Origin: a virus
Virus record (IMG/VR): IMGVR_UViG_3300042453_004661
Span: 60,586 to 124,585 of that record
DNA: 64,000 bases
Strand: one strand, 5' to 3'
Shown here: positions 48,624-59,619 of the stretch, piece after piece
How positions within the stretch are numbered: the first letter of the stretch is position 1
Layout of the letters: each line of letters begins with the position of its first letter
Translations under genes and position numbers: made by a program
The notes under the pieces: model-generated
What the model was told of the DNA's origin: nothing
The model's input: only the letters and a program-made list of their open reading frames with translations
The model's database searches: none

Positions 48624-49063
48624 GCGAATACTCAATAGAGCATTCATTGACTTTCAATACCGCCAAGAGGATCTTAAAGTTTATTTCTCCTGATTTCAGG
48701 GTCATAGCTACAGATAATCTTGGCGGTTCTGACTCTAGCTTAGACTTGGTGCGTCGAACGCTTGAGGTTCCGGAAGGCGATGTCTTTATGGCTGCAGGGA
48801 TTATTGTTTTCAATGCCGGGATTTTACAGCTTGAAAATGATGAAAATTTCAATTTTGTTTTTGGTAGAATACCCAGAAACGCATTAGACGAAGACCTTGT
48901 AGAAGAAGCCGTTAATCAGCATGTGCAGGCTGATGAGATAGCTTTTTCGTGGGCCTATAAAATGATCCTGGCATACTTCCCAGAAATCAATGAAAAAGAA
49001 GCCAAAAGAATTTCTGACCATCGCATGGGCAGAAACTACTGGAAAAGTTATTTTTCTTCATGA
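48620..49063 (+). CDS. Hypothetical protein
   Basis: ATGA-coupled on both sides. Confidence 0.6.
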   Translation: MSEYSIEHSLTFNTAKRILKFISPDFRVIATDNLGGSDSSLDLVRRTLEVPEGDVFMAAGIIVFNAGILQLENDENFNFVFGRIPRNALDEDLVEEAVNQHVQADEIAFSWAYKMILAYFPEINEKEAKRISDHRMGRNYWKSYFSS

Positions 49064-50025
49064 GAGATATTGAATCAAAACTAAAGAGATTTATTGAAGA
49101 AAAAGGCATAGACCATAAAGAATCTGGTCAGTCTTGGATTACGGATTGTATCAGCCCGTCCTGTGGCAAAGAGAGGCATATGTATATTCGTCGGAAAGAC
49201 GGCCTTTCAAAATGCTTTAAGTGCGGATCTACCTGGGGTTGGAGAGAGCTGGTATCTCAAATCGATGGATGTCGCCCGTCTGAAGCATGGAATGTTTTGT
49301 TCATGGGGCAGTCCGGCAACTCTTTAGACGCCCTTGATATCACAATCGGAGAAGAAGAATACGAAGAGGAGTCAGAGCTATCTGACATTGATGAGCCATA
49401 TATTGAGCTAAGCAAGGACTTTGTCGGAGTAGAAAAGTCGGACAGAGGCATGTACTATCTTGATAAGAGGGGGGTCAATGATCCAGAGACCATAGTTAAA
49501 TTTGACCTTCGATGGCATGAGGGCATGGAGGCCGTAGTATTTCCGATCTCTCGAGATGGATACATTTATGGATGGCAAGCTCGTAAGGTAAATCCAAAAC
49601 CAGACGAGCCTAGGCTCCTTACTAAAACCGGATTTAATAAGTCTAAATATCTTTTAAACTATGATGCAGTCAAGAAATCGGATTCAGTTGTTTTAGTCGA
49701 GGGCCCATTTGACTGTATTAAGATAGCCCAGGCCGGAATAGGAGCAGTTTGCTCTTTTGGTAAAGAGGTATCCCATCGACAGGTTTTGCTCCTTAGCAAT
49801 CTCGAGGCTTCCAAGGTTTATATCGGCCTTGACCCTGATGCATATAAGGAAGCAGAGAAGGTGATAGATGCCCTATGTTTGAGAAAGAAAGTTTTTCGTG
49901 TCTTGCCCCCAAAAGGCAAAAAAGACTTCGGAGAATGTTCCAGCGAAGAAATATTGCAATCCATAAACAATGCTGTAGAGATTGTCTCAAAAGCCTCAAA
50001 TCTTGAAATCATAATTAAAGATTGA
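49060..50025 (+). CDS. dnaG: DNA primase (zinc finger + TOPRIM)
   Basis: C...C..H..CxxC zinc finger; VLVEGPFD, GLDPD, KDFGE. Confidence 0.85.
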   Translation: MRDIESKLKRFIEEKGIDHKESGQSWITDCISPSCGKERHMYIRRKDGLSKCFKCGSTWGWRELVSQIDGCRPSEAWNVLFMGQSGNSLDALDITIGEEEYEEESELSDIDEPYIELSKDFVGVEKSDRGMYYLDKRGVNDPETIVKFDLRWHEGMEAVVFPISRDGYIYGWQARKVNPKPDEPRLLTKTGFNKSKYLLNYDAVKKSDSVVLVEGPFDCIKIAQAGIGAVCSFGKEVSHRQVLLLSNLEASKVYIGLDPDAYKEAEKVIDALCLRKKVFRVLPPKGKKDFGECSSEEILQSINNAVEIVSKASNLEIIIKD

Positions 50026-50050
50026 CATATAAACATCTTTAGTTTATGCT
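50022..50050 (+). promoter_or_regulatory. Sigma70-type promoter upstream of the sigma-like gene
   Basis: TTGACA-17 nt-TATGCT. Confidence 0.65.
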
Positions 50051-50074
50051 AGATAAATCGGAAGGATAAGTGCC

Positions 50075-50785
50075 ATGAGAGTTAAAGGACCAAAAAATAA
50101 AGACCAGGACGGTAGGATTATAGATGATAAGCGCATCATGAAGTATGAAAGAATGTGTCATTTTATGGTACGCAAGTACCTACCAGCCCGGAGCCTATAT
50201 GAGGCCTCTATGGACTATAGCGATCTGATTAACCAATGTCGCTACGAGGTGATGATGGCCCTGGCTAATTTTAGCTCCGAAAAGGCAATGTCATCCTTTA
50301 GGACCAAAAAAGCCCTAGACGAAAACGGGAATCCAATCATCCTGTCCTACAAGGGCGGTAAGCCAATCTACTTAACTGTTCCCGATGTTGAAAAGCGAAA
50401 ACTAGAAGTTATTCGCAAATCAAAAGACAAAGCAACAGCACTTAAAAAAGCCGAAGAAAGCATCGTCTATGGTCGTTTAGATAACTATATGCGTCGTGTT
50501 CGGTGGAAGTTTTCCCCAGAACAAAAAGGCGGTAAGACCGTAGGCATTTCTTCCCTTCTTTCTTTTGATTTTGTGTCCCCAAATAAAGTATTACCACAAA
50601 TTTATTTTGATGCAGTTCCAGAAAAAGAAAAGCTTTTGGACATTCTGTACCAAGAAGGCCCAGAGGCTGCCAAGAAAGCATTTGACAATTTGCCCGAAGA
50701 TGTGAGATTATCTGTATTGGAAAGTATGGAAAGCCCATTTATGGTAAATGGGTTTGTATCTTTGGAGGAAGAAGTAAATGAGTAA
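50075..50785 (+). CDS. Putative phage sigma-factor-like protein
   Basis: KYERMCHFMVRKY...MDYSDLINQCRYEVMMALANF resembles sigma70 region 2. Confidence 0.4.
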   Translation: MRVKGPKNKDQDGRIIDDKRIMKYERMCHFMVRKYLPARSLYEASMDYSDLINQCRYEVMMALANFSSEKAMSSFRTKKALDENGNPIILSYKGGKPIYLTVPDVEKRKLEVIRKSKDKATALKKAEESIVYGRLDNYMRRVRWKFSPEQKGGKTVGISSLLSFDFVSPNKVLPQIYFDAVPEKEKLLDILYQEGPEAAKKAFDNLPEDVRLSVLESMESPFMVNGFVSLEEEVNE

Positions 50786-50999
50786 GCTATTAACATTGAC
50801 TGGGACTGATGGAGAATCTGTGTTCTCTGTTGTAGTAAACATGGCAAATGTTGCAGTAATGAAACCCATTACCGTATCTAAAGTCGTGAAAACAAAAATC
50901 ATTTTTACTGGAGGGGCAGAGACCAATGTCGTTGAGTCTATCAGTGAAATTGAGAACAAAACAAAACAAGGAGGCCAGGTTTTAAATCTGGTTAAGTGA
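50778..50999 (+). CDS. Small hypothetical protein
   Basis: SD ggagg; ends in VVESISEI. Confidence 0.55.
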   Translation: MSKLLTLTGTDGESVFSVVVNMANVAVMKPITVSKVVKTKIIFTGGAETNVVESISEIENKTKQGGQVLNLVK

Positions 51000-51000
51000 T

Positions 51001-51378
51001 ATGGCAGTAAAAAATCAATCTACAGGCCTATATGAGGCCAAGAAAACCCTATCTACTGGACATGAATATGTTGGCGTTGGCTCGACCAAAGAAGAGGCCA
51101 AAGAAGACCTTGCTAAACAGCTAAAAGCGATTGAAATTGATTACGGTCCATTTCAAAGCGACTCCCAGAAAGCCCATGTTCAACGCCTTATTCAGGCAGG
51201 GAAGCTTCCTAAATATAATCCCCCAATGAAAAAAGTAGGAGAAATGAAATCCCCCGGCTACGAAATGAGAGTTGGTGAAGATGGAAGAATCCAGTACCAG
51301 TATAATCCTAATCGTGTTGTTCCTATTCTTGCTAAGGAAGTGACAGCCCGAGAAGCAGTAGAAAAGACAAATGAGTAA
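51001..51378 (+). CDS. Hypothetical protein
   Basis: Tightly packed operon ORF. Confidence 0.6.
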   Translation: MAVKNQSTGLYEAKKTLSTGHEYVGVGSTKEEAKEDLAKQLKAIEIDYGPFQSDSQKAHVQRLIQAGKLPKYNPPMKKVGEMKSPGYEMRVGEDGRIQYQYNPNRVVPILAKEVTAREAVEKTNE

Positions 51379-54300
51379 ATCTCCAACTGACAAACAACTT
51401 TGTCCTCTCCATTCCCATACCGTTTATTCGGTTCTCGATGGGGCATCGGATATTGATGAGTATGTTCAGTGGTGCAAAAACAATGGGGCCCCGGGTCTAG
51501 CCGTTACTGATCACGGCTGGATGATCGGGGCCCTTGAGGTCCACCATAAGGCGCAGAAGGCCGGACTCGTCGGCATTCCTGGGGTTGAATTTTATGTTGC
51601 CCCAGAGGCAAGCTATAAGTTTAAGGGCAAGGCATACGATTATTATCACATTACGGCATGGGCCGTCAATGAGGTCGGCTATAGAAACCTCATGAAGCTT
51701 GGGGCCTTGTCATTTGATAATGGCGAAATTCAAACCGTTAGGGCCGTTAAAAAAGACCACCAATGGCTCAATGTAGATGGCTTTCATAAGAGAGTCGTAA
51801 AAAAGTTTGGTCAGTCAAAGCCCAGGATTACTTTTGATGAACTTCTAGAAAATTCTGAAGGTCTTGTTATTGGATCTGGTTGTTTAATCGGAGCCATTAA
51901 CAAGGCTTTGCTATCTGGAGAGAAAGACGGAGCCGAGAGGAATCTTCTTAGGCTTCTTGATGTATTTCGTGGTCGCATGTTTGTTGAGATCATGCCACAT
52001 AATTGCACCCATGACTGGAATCGAGAAACCAAAACATTCGAGCCAAATGAATGCACAGATTTTGCTCCAGATGGCGACATGCAGAAAGCTTGTAACCTTG
52101 AAAATATCGAGATGGCCAGAAAGAACAAGCTTCCTCTGATCATGACTATCGATTCTCATTTTGTTCGCCCAGACCAAAAGCCATTACAGGACATGCTTCT
52201 TCAGAATGGCGAAGAAGATGGTTGGCATTTTTACAACTCTTATCATATGATGACGACCGAGGAGGCCTGGCAACACTGGAGAGACCATTATGGCAACTCA
52301 AAAGAGATGGCCATGGTATTTGCCGAAGCCGTTGAAAACAATCATCAAATTGTAGACTTAGCCAAAAGCCTATCGATCAGTGATCCATACCACCTACCTA
52401 AAATTGAAATCCCCGCCGAGATTCAATCAGGCAATAAAAAAGAAGACCTAAAGGTAATGCTTTTGTCTGCAATTGAAAAGCATGGGCGCATGAAGTGGGA
52501 AGACCCAGAATGGGTTGCCAGGCTCGATAGGGAGATGTCCGTTATTTGCGACAATGGCGAGCAAGACTTCTCGGAGTATTTTCTATTTCTTGAAAGATGG
52601 GCAGAATGGACCCGGGATCATTCTATTCTTTCTGCCCCCGGTCGTGGCTCTGGCGCAGGATCTCTTCTTTGCTACCTCTTGAAGATTACACATCTAGACC
52701 CATTCAGGTTTAAGCTTCCGTTTGAGCGTTTTTTGTCTCCGGGTCGTATTAAGCGTAAGAAATGGCCAGATATCGATTGGGATATGGGGGACAGGGGCCC
52801 GCTTCTTGCCAAGCTTTCGGAGCATTATGGAGATAAGTTTGCTCAGTGTTCAACCCACGGCAAGCTTAAGATTAAGTCTTCGGTTAAAGATGCCCACAGA
52901 ATTCTTGCTATTCGACCGCTTGAAAGAGAATATGCTTTGGCCCCAACATCTGCAAAAGATAAGATCGCCAAAAGGATAGAGCAAGAAAGAATTGATGTTG
53001 AAGAAGTAACCAAGTCTATCAAGAATACCCCACAGGGCGTTGACGACAAAGACTTCTTGATGGGATATGTTGACCAGGACGGAACATTTCATGACGGACA
53101 CCTTGAGCAGAATGATGTCTTGAGATCGTTTTTTGATAAATTTAGTGATGAAAATCCAGCCAAGGACATGAAAAGCATTGTGCTTCAGATGCTTGGAGTC
53201 CCCAGGTCGGTAGGGCGTCATGCTTCTGCTTATTTTGTCAGCGATGAGCCAATCTGGCATTCTGTCCCTACATGCAATGTCAGTGGGCATGTCTGCACAC
53301 AATATACGACCGAATCTGACAACAACTTTGCAGAAAAAGCTGGACTAATCAAATTCGATTTCCTGGGAGTAAATACCCTTCTTGATATTTCAAATTGTAT
53401 CAGAATGGTACAAAAAGCCTACGGATATAAAACCTGGCAAGAAAAGACCACAATTAACGGAGAAGAATTCATCATTTGGCGTGGTGAATTGCCAGTCGAT
53501 AAAGTTCCAAGTCCAGACGGATCTCAGATCCTAGAAGTTTATAACTTGCCAGAGTCTGAGATTGTATTTAAGGAAATCTCTGCCAGAAACACATCTTCTC
53601 TTTTTCAGATTTCTACTCCGCTACTGACAGACTTCTGCGAGAAAGTAAGGCCCGATAAGATTGACGATCTCTCAGCTATTGTAGCCCTTTGTCGTCCGGG
53701 TCCTCTTGATGCGATTATCGAAGATGGCGAAACTACAATGTCAGATGCCTATATCCTTAGAAGGCATAATGAAATGCCAGTTAAGTATGTTCATCCCGGG
53801 ATGGAAGAAATCCTGAAAGATACATACGGCGTAGCTGTATATCAAGAACAGCTTCAGCAAATGTTCCAGGATCTAGCGGGATATTCAGCCGAGGAGGCAG
53901 ACTATGTCCGAGAGCTGGTGGGGAAAAAGAAAAAGCAGGATATGGAAAAGATCCTCCCGGATCTTCGTCAGAGGCTCGAGGAGAGAGGGTGGCAGGATGG
54001 ACAAATTCAAGTCTTTATCAATCTTTGTATCTCTTCAGCCAGGTATTCTTTCAATAGAGCGCATTCTGCATCTTACGGATATGTAGCTTATATGTCTGCA
54101 TACCTAAAGACCCATCACCCTAAAGAATGGTGGACTGCAGTTCTTCAAAACTCTAAGCTTGAGGACATCCGAGAAAAAGGGTACGCCAGAGAGCTTCAGG
54201 GAATGCTTGTTCTCCCCCATATCAATGGCCCAATGGAAACTTTTGAGGCTCTTGAGGATGGCAAGGTGCATTCCCCCATGTGGATGGTCAAGGGAATTGG

Positions 54301-55135
54301 AGAGGCCGCATGTCGGTCAATCCAGCAATCCAGGGGGGATAGGCCATACACTTCTTTGCAGGATTTCTTTGAAAGAATTGACAAAAGAGCTGTCAACGAG
54401 GGGATATTTAAGAAGCTAATCATCTCTGGCGCATTTGACTTAGTCGAGCCCAATAAGACATCCCGGGCGCTTTTGAGGGAGTATTTGTTTTTGAAAAAAT
54501 CTTCATCCCTAAAAAGCTATGGTGCAAATAAGTCAGGAATTGAGCTGAAAGAAGCGACAGAAAGATTTATTGCAGAAAGAGGCGAGAATCGAGAGATGCA
54601 GGATTCTATGGCAGACTTTCCTGCTGACGACCTGGCCCTACAGATTGCAAGGATATCAATGCTTCCAATTTACAGGATGGATGTTCACTGTGACTTTAAG
54701 GATTTGCTATCTAAGCATATAACTTATGGAATTAACGAAGAGACTTTATCAATCGGGACAGCCAGAAGTGCCCCATCTCGAGATGGGAATGAGAGCATTG
54801 CCGAAGTCCACTTTGATACAAATGCTATCTCCGCCAGATATAAAGATGGCCTAGGAAAGACAGAGATTGCCTGGGCCGGGGTGCTGGATGAAAAGTCTGA
54901 ATTTAGATATATTGATAAAAAAACACAGAAACAAGTTTCAGCTTTGCGCCTAAAAGTGGTGAATTCTGGCGATACGGTAGAATGTATATTGTGGCCATCA
55001 ATGCGTGAGAACATGAAGAAGAGAGGGACTGCTGAGCCTGAAGGCTCCAGGATTTTAATATGTATTGGAAATGCAAGGCCTTCTATGATTCCAGGCCAGT
55101 GGAGTATCAGCGTAAACAAAATAATAGAAGTTTAA
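51371..55135 (+). CDS. dnaE: DNA polymerase III alpha subunit (family C)
   Basis: PHP motifs LHSHTVYSVLDG and TDHG; GRGSGAGSL, PDIDWD, KFDFLG, YSFNRAHS. Confidence 0.95.
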   Translation: MSKSPTDKQLCPLHSHTVYSVLDGASDIDEYVQWCKNNGAPGLAVTDHGWMIGALEVHHKAQKAGLVGIPGVEFYVAPEASYKFKGKAYDYYHITAWAVNEVGYRNLMKLGALSFDNGEIQTVRAVKKDHQWLNVDGFHKRVVKKFGQSKPRITFDELLENSEGLVIGSGCLIGAINKALLSGEKDGAERNLLRLLDVFRGRMFVEIMPHNCTHDWNRETKTFEPNECTDFAPDGDMQKACNLENIEMARKNKLPLIMTIDSHFVRPDQKPLQDMLLQNGEEDGWHFYNSYHMMTTEEAWQHWRDHYGNSKEMAMVFAEAVENNHQIVDLAKSLSISDPYHLPKIEIPAEIQSGNKKEDLKVMLLSAIEKHGRMKWEDPEWVARLDREMSVICDNGEQDFSEYFLFLERWAEWTRDHSILSAPGRGSGAGSLLCYLLKITHLDPFRFKLPFERFLSPGRIKRKKWPDIDWDMGDRGPLLAKLSEHYGDKFAQCSTHGKLKIKSSVKDAHRILAIRPLEREYALAPTSAKDKIAKRIEQERIDVEEVTKSIKNTPQGVDDKDFLMGYVDQDGTFHDGHLEQNDVLRSFFDKFSDENPAKDMKSIVLQMLGVPRSVGRHASAYFVSDEPIWHSVPTCNVSGHVCTQYTTESDNNFAEKAGLIKFDFLGVNTLLDISNCIRMVQKAYGYKTWQEKTTINGEEFIIWRGELPVDKVPSPDGSQILEVYNLPESEIVFKEISARNTSSLFQISTPLLTDFCEKVRPDKIDDLSAIVALCRPGPLDAIIEDGETTMSDAYILRRHNEMPVKYVHPGMEEILKDTYGVAVYQEQLQQMFQDLAGYSAEEADYVRELVGKKKKQDMEKILPDLRQRLEERGWQDGQIQVFINLCISSARYSFNRAHSASYGYVAYMSAYLKTHHPKEWWTAVLQNSKLEDIREKGYARELQGMLVLPHINGPMETFEALEDGKVHSPMWMVKGIGEAACRSIQQSRGDRPYTSLQDFFERIDKRAVNEGIFKKLIISGAFDLVEPNKTSRALLREYLFLKKSSSLKSYGANKSGIELKEATERFIAERGENREMQDSMADFPADDLALQIARISMLPIYRMDVHCDFKDLLSKHITYGINEETLSIGTARSAPSRDGNESIAEVHFDTNAISARYKDGLGKTEIAWAGVLDEKSEFRYIDKKTQKQVSALRLKVVNSGDTVECILWPSMRENMKKRGTAEPEGSRILICIGNARPSMIPGQWSISVNKIIEV

Positions 55136-55136
55136 G

Positions 55137-55613
55137 TTGACTATTTTTGATCTATTATGTAAGATAGATGAAGGAACGGTGGTGTATATGTTTGGATTAT
55201 TTTTGGAAGAACACGCTAAGGATCATATCGAGGAACTTGTAAGACAGGCCGCATGCCACTCCCCTCTCCCGGGGATGCTTGAGCCATACCTGTATTCAAC
55301 CCTAATGGTTACTGTCCCTGTTGGGGAGCAAAAGTATAAGACTATTGTCTTACGCCGTAAAGTAGTAGCCGAAACAGGTCACGATATTGCAAATGAAGAG
55401 CAGGGAGCCATTCGTTACTTTTCTAATCTGCTTTTCTTTGTTTTGAGCGCTGCAGACTCCATCGAAGAAGACATCTACGCAGACGACGAAGAGACCTATG
55501 ATGTCCCAGTTGGAAAAAGCATGATCTATATCAATAGGGACAGGCTTGGATTCGCAAGGCTTTATAGCAATGGATCAGATATTATTATTGATGTTACAAA
55601 GGATGAGTCATGA
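55137..55613 (+). CDS. Hypothetical protein
   Basis: Operon packing; TTG start. Confidence 0.55.
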   Translation: MTIFDLLCKIDEGTVVYMFGLFLEEHAKDHIEELVRQAACHSPLPGMLEPYLYSTLMVTVPVGEQKYKTIVLRRKVVAETGHDIANEEQGAIRYFSNLLFFVLSAADSIEEDIYADDEETYDVPVGKSMIYINRDRLGFARLYSNGSDIIIDVTKDES

Positions 55614-56188
55614 AAAATAGAGAACTAATTGGTCTAGTAGGAAACAGAGAATCGACAGAGCGAGTGGTAAAGGCTTTACAAAAGAACTTTGGACTCCCAC
55701 CCTCTAGTGTATTGGGAGACCTATATCTCAATGCTGTTGAGCTAATTACCCCAAAAGAATTTAAGGGCATGGTATCTGAAACGGTTATTCGCCAAATGGC
55801 GAATAAGGTCGGGGCCCTTATCTCTGTAACTAAATATGCAGGCAAGAAAGTAGAGAATGAAGAAGAGCAAACCGACTACCTAATCAACCTTGCAGATAAG
55901 TATGCATCTAAGGGGTGGATTGCAAAGCTTTTTGTAGATACTGACTTTTTTCGTCGCAAAACGGGAAAGTATGTTGTCACAATGAACAGGAAAGAAGATT
56001 CCGATTTTCTTTCTCGAGACTTGGGGGTTGACTATAATCCCGTAATGGTGTACGATAGTATAGAGCAAAAACCTGAAAATGAAAATGGCATTTATATTGT
56101 TGTTGGAAATTCTACAGGAAAAGAACTAAACGAAAGAATTACAAAAGCATTTATTAAATTGGATAGTAAAAGAAAAGGAGCAAAGTAA
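55610..56188 (+). CDS. Hypothetical protein (weak dNMP-kinase-like layout, P-loop degenerate)
   Basis: N-terminal LIGLVGN without GKT; coupled ORF. Confidence 0.45.
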   Translation: MKNRELIGLVGNRESTERVVKALQKNFGLPPSSVLGDLYLNAVELITPKEFKGMVSETVIRQMANKVGALISVTKYAGKKVENEEEQTDYLINLADKYASKGWIAKLFVDTDFFRRKTGKYVVTMNRKEDSDFLSRDLGVDYNPVMVYDSIEQKPENENGIYIVVGNSTGKELNERITKAFIKLDSKRKGAK

Positions 56189-57174
56189 TGAGTAACGAAA
56201 TCACACTTTCATTTAATCGAGACAAAATCCTATCGGGCATGTCGAGCAGTAAAAGCTTTAATCGCCTAAAGGTTCCCAAGAATGGATCTATTGTGGTCCG
56301 GATCTTGCCACCATATGGAACCAATAATCAAGGTGCGCTATATCATAAATACACCGTACACTGGGGATTTATGGATGCAGAACAGAATCTTCGCCCGGTT
56401 GCCTGTAGCTATCCAACCGAACGCTACTGCCCGGTTTGCGACATGGTTCGCCAGGCTAAGTCAGACCTTGAAGAGCTGAAGCGCCAGGGCGTAGACAGCG
56501 GTAATCGTTTTGACCAACTTAAAAAGACGGTAGAGACTTACGATGCCAAGAATTTTTTCTTGTTCAATGTAGTCGATCAGGCTGATGGAGAAGTCAAAGT
56601 GCTTGAGCTTCCAAAGACTGCCGTAAGCGGTCGTGGACGAGAAGTCTCTCCCAATTCCCTTCTCGGAAAGATGCTTGAAGCTATTGATAAGCGCAAGTTT
56701 GACCCAGTGAGTCTTTCTAACGGCGTTTGGTTTGAAGTTTCTCGTAGCGGAGAAGGCATCAATACTGTGTATTCCGTTGATTTCAATCGGATTATTAAAA
56801 CCGACGCAGACGGAAATGAGTTTGAAGCACTTAACCGGACCCCCCTAGAGGAGTCTTTGGTCTCCAAGGTAAAGGCTCAGACTACTGGAGAGTCTGGACC
56901 TATGTACGATATCCATGCAATGTATGAAGATCGCACTAGCTCTCAGCTCAAATCTTTTATTGATGGGGCCCCAGTTCCGTCTAAAAAGAAGCAGGCCGAT
57001 GCTGATGATGACTCTGCAGAAGACGATACTCCCCCTGCTCCAGCACAGAAAGCTACGCCAAAGGCGCCTAGCCTCGAGAAGCCAGCCCCTGCACCATCCT
57101 CTGGGAATATGCAGAGCGAGATCCAGCGACTCCGGGAAAAGGCTAAGCTCAAGTCTCAGGGAGGCAATCAGTAA
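56188..57174 (+). CDS. Single-stranded DNA-binding protein (T4 gp32-like)
   Basis: VRILPP, H...C...CPVC zinc site, DPV...G, GEGINTVY, acidic patch. Confidence 0.7.
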   Translation: MSNEITLSFNRDKILSGMSSSKSFNRLKVPKNGSIVVRILPPYGTNNQGALYHKYTVHWGFMDAEQNLRPVACSYPTERYCPVCDMVRQAKSDLEELKRQGVDSGNRFDQLKKTVETYDAKNFFLFNVVDQADGEVKVLELPKTAVSGRGREVSPNSLLGKMLEAIDKRKFDPVSLSNGVWFEVSRSGEGINTVYSVDFNRIIKTDADGNEFEALNRTPLEESLVSKVKAQTTGESGPMYDIHAMYEDRTSSQLKSFIDGAPVPSKKKQADADDDSAEDDTPPAPAQKATPKAPSLEKPAPAPSSGNMQSEIQRLREKAKLKSQGGNQ

Positions 57175-57689
57175 TGTCTAGGACGAATGGGGTGGGGGCA
57201 GAAGACGATCTGTCCTCACCCGAGGGCGGTTTTACGATTCCAGAATCTATGAGGCAGATATTTCAATACGAAAATCTCATAGGTGAAATTACTAGAATCA
57301 ACAAGACCAATGGGCCATATTACATGCAGGAATTCCTAAAGGCAATCAATGTTGCTTCTAGGTTTTATACCCAATCCCTTTGGCAGTATGAAGACGCTAT
57401 TGTGCAGGCCAAGGCTACGAGGGCCAGGCTTATGATCGATATGGCTCCAAGTGCTATCCTGGCAAAAGGGCTACGGACAAATGAGGAAAACCTCAAGGCC
57501 TATGCTGACAGCCATGAAGAGTACCTAAAGGCTAAAGAAACAGAGAACTACCTTCAGGCTCTTTCGGAGTTTCTTAGACAAAAAGTCTATAAATTTGAGA
57601 GAGCCCATGATGATGCTCGAAAAATCTTTGAGGCCATGAAAGAGCCATATGGATCAGCCGGAGCCTTACCGTCCGGGAGGGACACTTGA
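57174..57689 (+). CDS. UvsY-like recombination mediator
   Basis: Long helical protein between SSB and RecA; largely positional inference. Confidence 0.4.
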   Translation: MSRTNGVGAEDDLSSPEGGFTIPESMRQIFQYENLIGEITRINKTNGPYYMQEFLKAINVASRFYTQSLWQYEDAIVQAKATRARLMIDMAPSAILAKGLRTNEENLKAYADSHEEYLKAKETENYLQALSEFLRQKVYKFERAHDDARKIFEAMKEPYGSAGALPSGRDT

Positions 57690-58024
57690 AGAAGCTCGAT
57701 AAGGATGAGGCAATGCCACAGCATGAAGCTATTTTTGCATTAAAGCAAATAGCCCTTGATCGCAATGACCCTTACCTGGCCAGTCAGATTCAGTCCTGGC
57801 TAAATGATTACATTCTTCATCTAAGTCACGAAAACAAAGTAGACCTAGAAACAATAAACTCTGTGAAGAACCCTTCTTACTATCTCAACAACCTTACCAA
57901 GAAAAGCCTGATTGAGCTTGGGGCCGGGGCTGCAAGTATGGCTGCAGAAACATTTCATATTGAGTCTGAAGAAGTTATCAAATTTAGAATGCTTGCTCTT
58001 CGTAGCAAGAAAGAGGAAAAATGA
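57686..58024 (+). CDS. Hypothetical protein
   Basis: TTG start with SD ggagg, coupled. Confidence 0.55.
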   Translation: MKKLDKDEAMPQHEAIFALKQIALDRNDPYLASQIQSWLNDYILHLSHENKVDLETINSVKNPSYYLNNLTKKSLIELGAGAASMAAETFHIESEEVIKFRMLALRSKKEEK

Positions 58025-58260
58025 TAATCCCAATTAAGGCAGGGCCTCTTTACAGGAAAAGATTAAAGGAGGCTATCGAACAGGCAGCTAGTGCATTTAG
58101 TGTAGGAAAATCTGGAACAGAAAACTATGTAATAACTCAGTTGGTCTCTATAGGATTTCAAATGGGCTGGAAAGCTCACAATGAGGCATTGACTAACGCC
58201 GTAGAATCGCTTAATATAGGAGAAAGCAAGAATGACGATGATGGAAAAGGAAGGAAATAA
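58021..58260 (+). CDS. Hypothetical protein
   Basis: ATGA-coupled. Confidence 0.55.
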   Translation: MIIPIKAGPLYRKRLKEAIEQAASAFSVGKSGTENYVITQLVSIGFQMGWKAHNEALTNAVESLNIGESKNDDDGKGRK

Positions 58261-59386
58261 CATGACAACAAAAACAGATACTAAAAAATTTATGAGCATG
58301 CTTCTTAAGGACGAAAAGAACCTTAAGAATTCAGATGTCACAAGCCGTGGACGGATCATGACCCCCAGCCATAGCCTGAACTGGGCCCTTGGTGGAGGAG
58401 TCTATAAAGGATATACGACTTGCTTTTACGGACCAGAAGGCTCGGGTAAATCTCTCCTATCCATGATGGCCGCAGGAGCCCTCATGCAAAGCGACCCGGA
58501 CGCTATTGTCGTTACTATCTCTACCGAGATGCGGGCCCCAATCCCAGAAAAAGTGGCACAGCTTGGCGTTGACCCGGAGCGTCATGTGATCCGCCAGGTT
58601 AATACTATTCACGATGTTTTTGACTGGATTAGCTCGGACGATTCTAGCTTTAAGAACTCTGACGGTAGCGGTGGAGGCCCAGGTCTTCTGTATATGCTGA
58701 AGGAAGGCGCCCCAATCAAGGGGATCATTATTGACTCTATTAAGGGAATTCGTGGCCCCAAAGAGATCAATGCAGAAAGCGCCGAAAAGGATGTCATGGG
58801 CGACCTGTCCAAATATCTAAACCCAGCGCTCCGCCAGGTGTTGCCTGTGTTTCGTGACTATAACATTATGGCAATCTTTGTTCAGCAAGTGAACATGAAC
58901 CTTAATCCAGATGAAGTTAAGTACCAAAACAAAAAGTATGTTTTGCCATCTGGCCAGGCTCTTCGCCACTTCTGCGAGACCATGGCTCTGGTAGAGCGAG
59001 TAACCTCCAAGGACTCCAAGCTTTTTTCTGAAGAGCTTAGCTCTCTTCGTGACTCAGAGCTTCAAGAAGGACACACCGTTCGAGTTAAGGTAGAAAAGGC
59101 AAACCTTGATAGCCCCCACCGTGAGGCTGAATTTGTAATTAAATACAATGAAGGCATTGTCAATCGTGGAGCAGAGGTATTCAAGCTGGCCAAGGGCGCC
59201 CGGGTCATTATCCACCCACTTAACGATAAAGGGTCTCCGATCAATACCCAGTATGTCTGGCTTGATTCCAAGACCAAAGAAGTCAAAAAGAAGTGGATTG
59301 GTGAACGAAATGCTGTTGATGAGATCGAAAAAGATCCCGAGCTTCAGCGTCAGATTGCAGAGGATGTAACTCGAAAAACCGGATGA
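58232..59386 (+). CDS. recA: RecA/UvsX-like recombinase (start possibly 58262)
   Basis: SLNWALGGG, GPEGSGKS, IIIDSI, PSGQALRH, KVEK. Confidence 0.88.
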   Translation: MTMMEKEGNNMTTKTDTKKFMSMLLKDEKNLKNSDVTSRGRIMTPSHSLNWALGGGVYKGYTTCFYGPEGSGKSLLSMMAAGALMQSDPDAIVVTISTEMRAPIPEKVAQLGVDPERHVIRQVNTIHDVFDWISSDDSSFKNSDGSGGGPGLLYMLKEGAPIKGIIIDSIKGIRGPKEINAESAEKDVMGDLSKYLNPALRQVLPVFRDYNIMAIFVQQVNMNLNPDEVKYQNKKYVLPSGQALRHFCETMALVERVTSKDSKLFSEELSSLRDSELQEGHTVRVKVEKANLDSPHREAEFVIKYNEGIVNRGAEVFKLAKGARVIIHPLNDKGSPINTQYVWLDSKTKEVKKKWIGERNAVDEIEKDPELQRQIAEDVTRKTG

Positions 59387-59619
59387 AAACTACTAAAGTA
59401 GATGGTATAAAATGCCTAGACTGTGATGATGTCATCTGGTCTAGGCATCGCCATGACATGGTATGGTGTAAATGTAAAAAGGTAGCCGTAGATGGCGGAA
59501 CAAGCTATATGAAAGTTTCTTTTACAGATACACCCCCACAGTATGTAGAGATAATCCTTAATGAACAAGGCAAAAGGGTAGGATATATTGTATGCAGAGT
59601 AGAGAGACAGTCCTCCTGA
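59383..59619 (+). CDS. Small Cys/His zinc-binding phage protein
   Basis: CLDC.D.I.SRHRHD...CKC..VAVDGG..Y. Confidence 0.65.
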   Translation: MKTTKVDGIKCLDCDDVIWSRHRHDMVWCKCKKVAVDGGTSYMKVSFTDTPPQYVEIILNEQGKRVGYIVCRVERQSS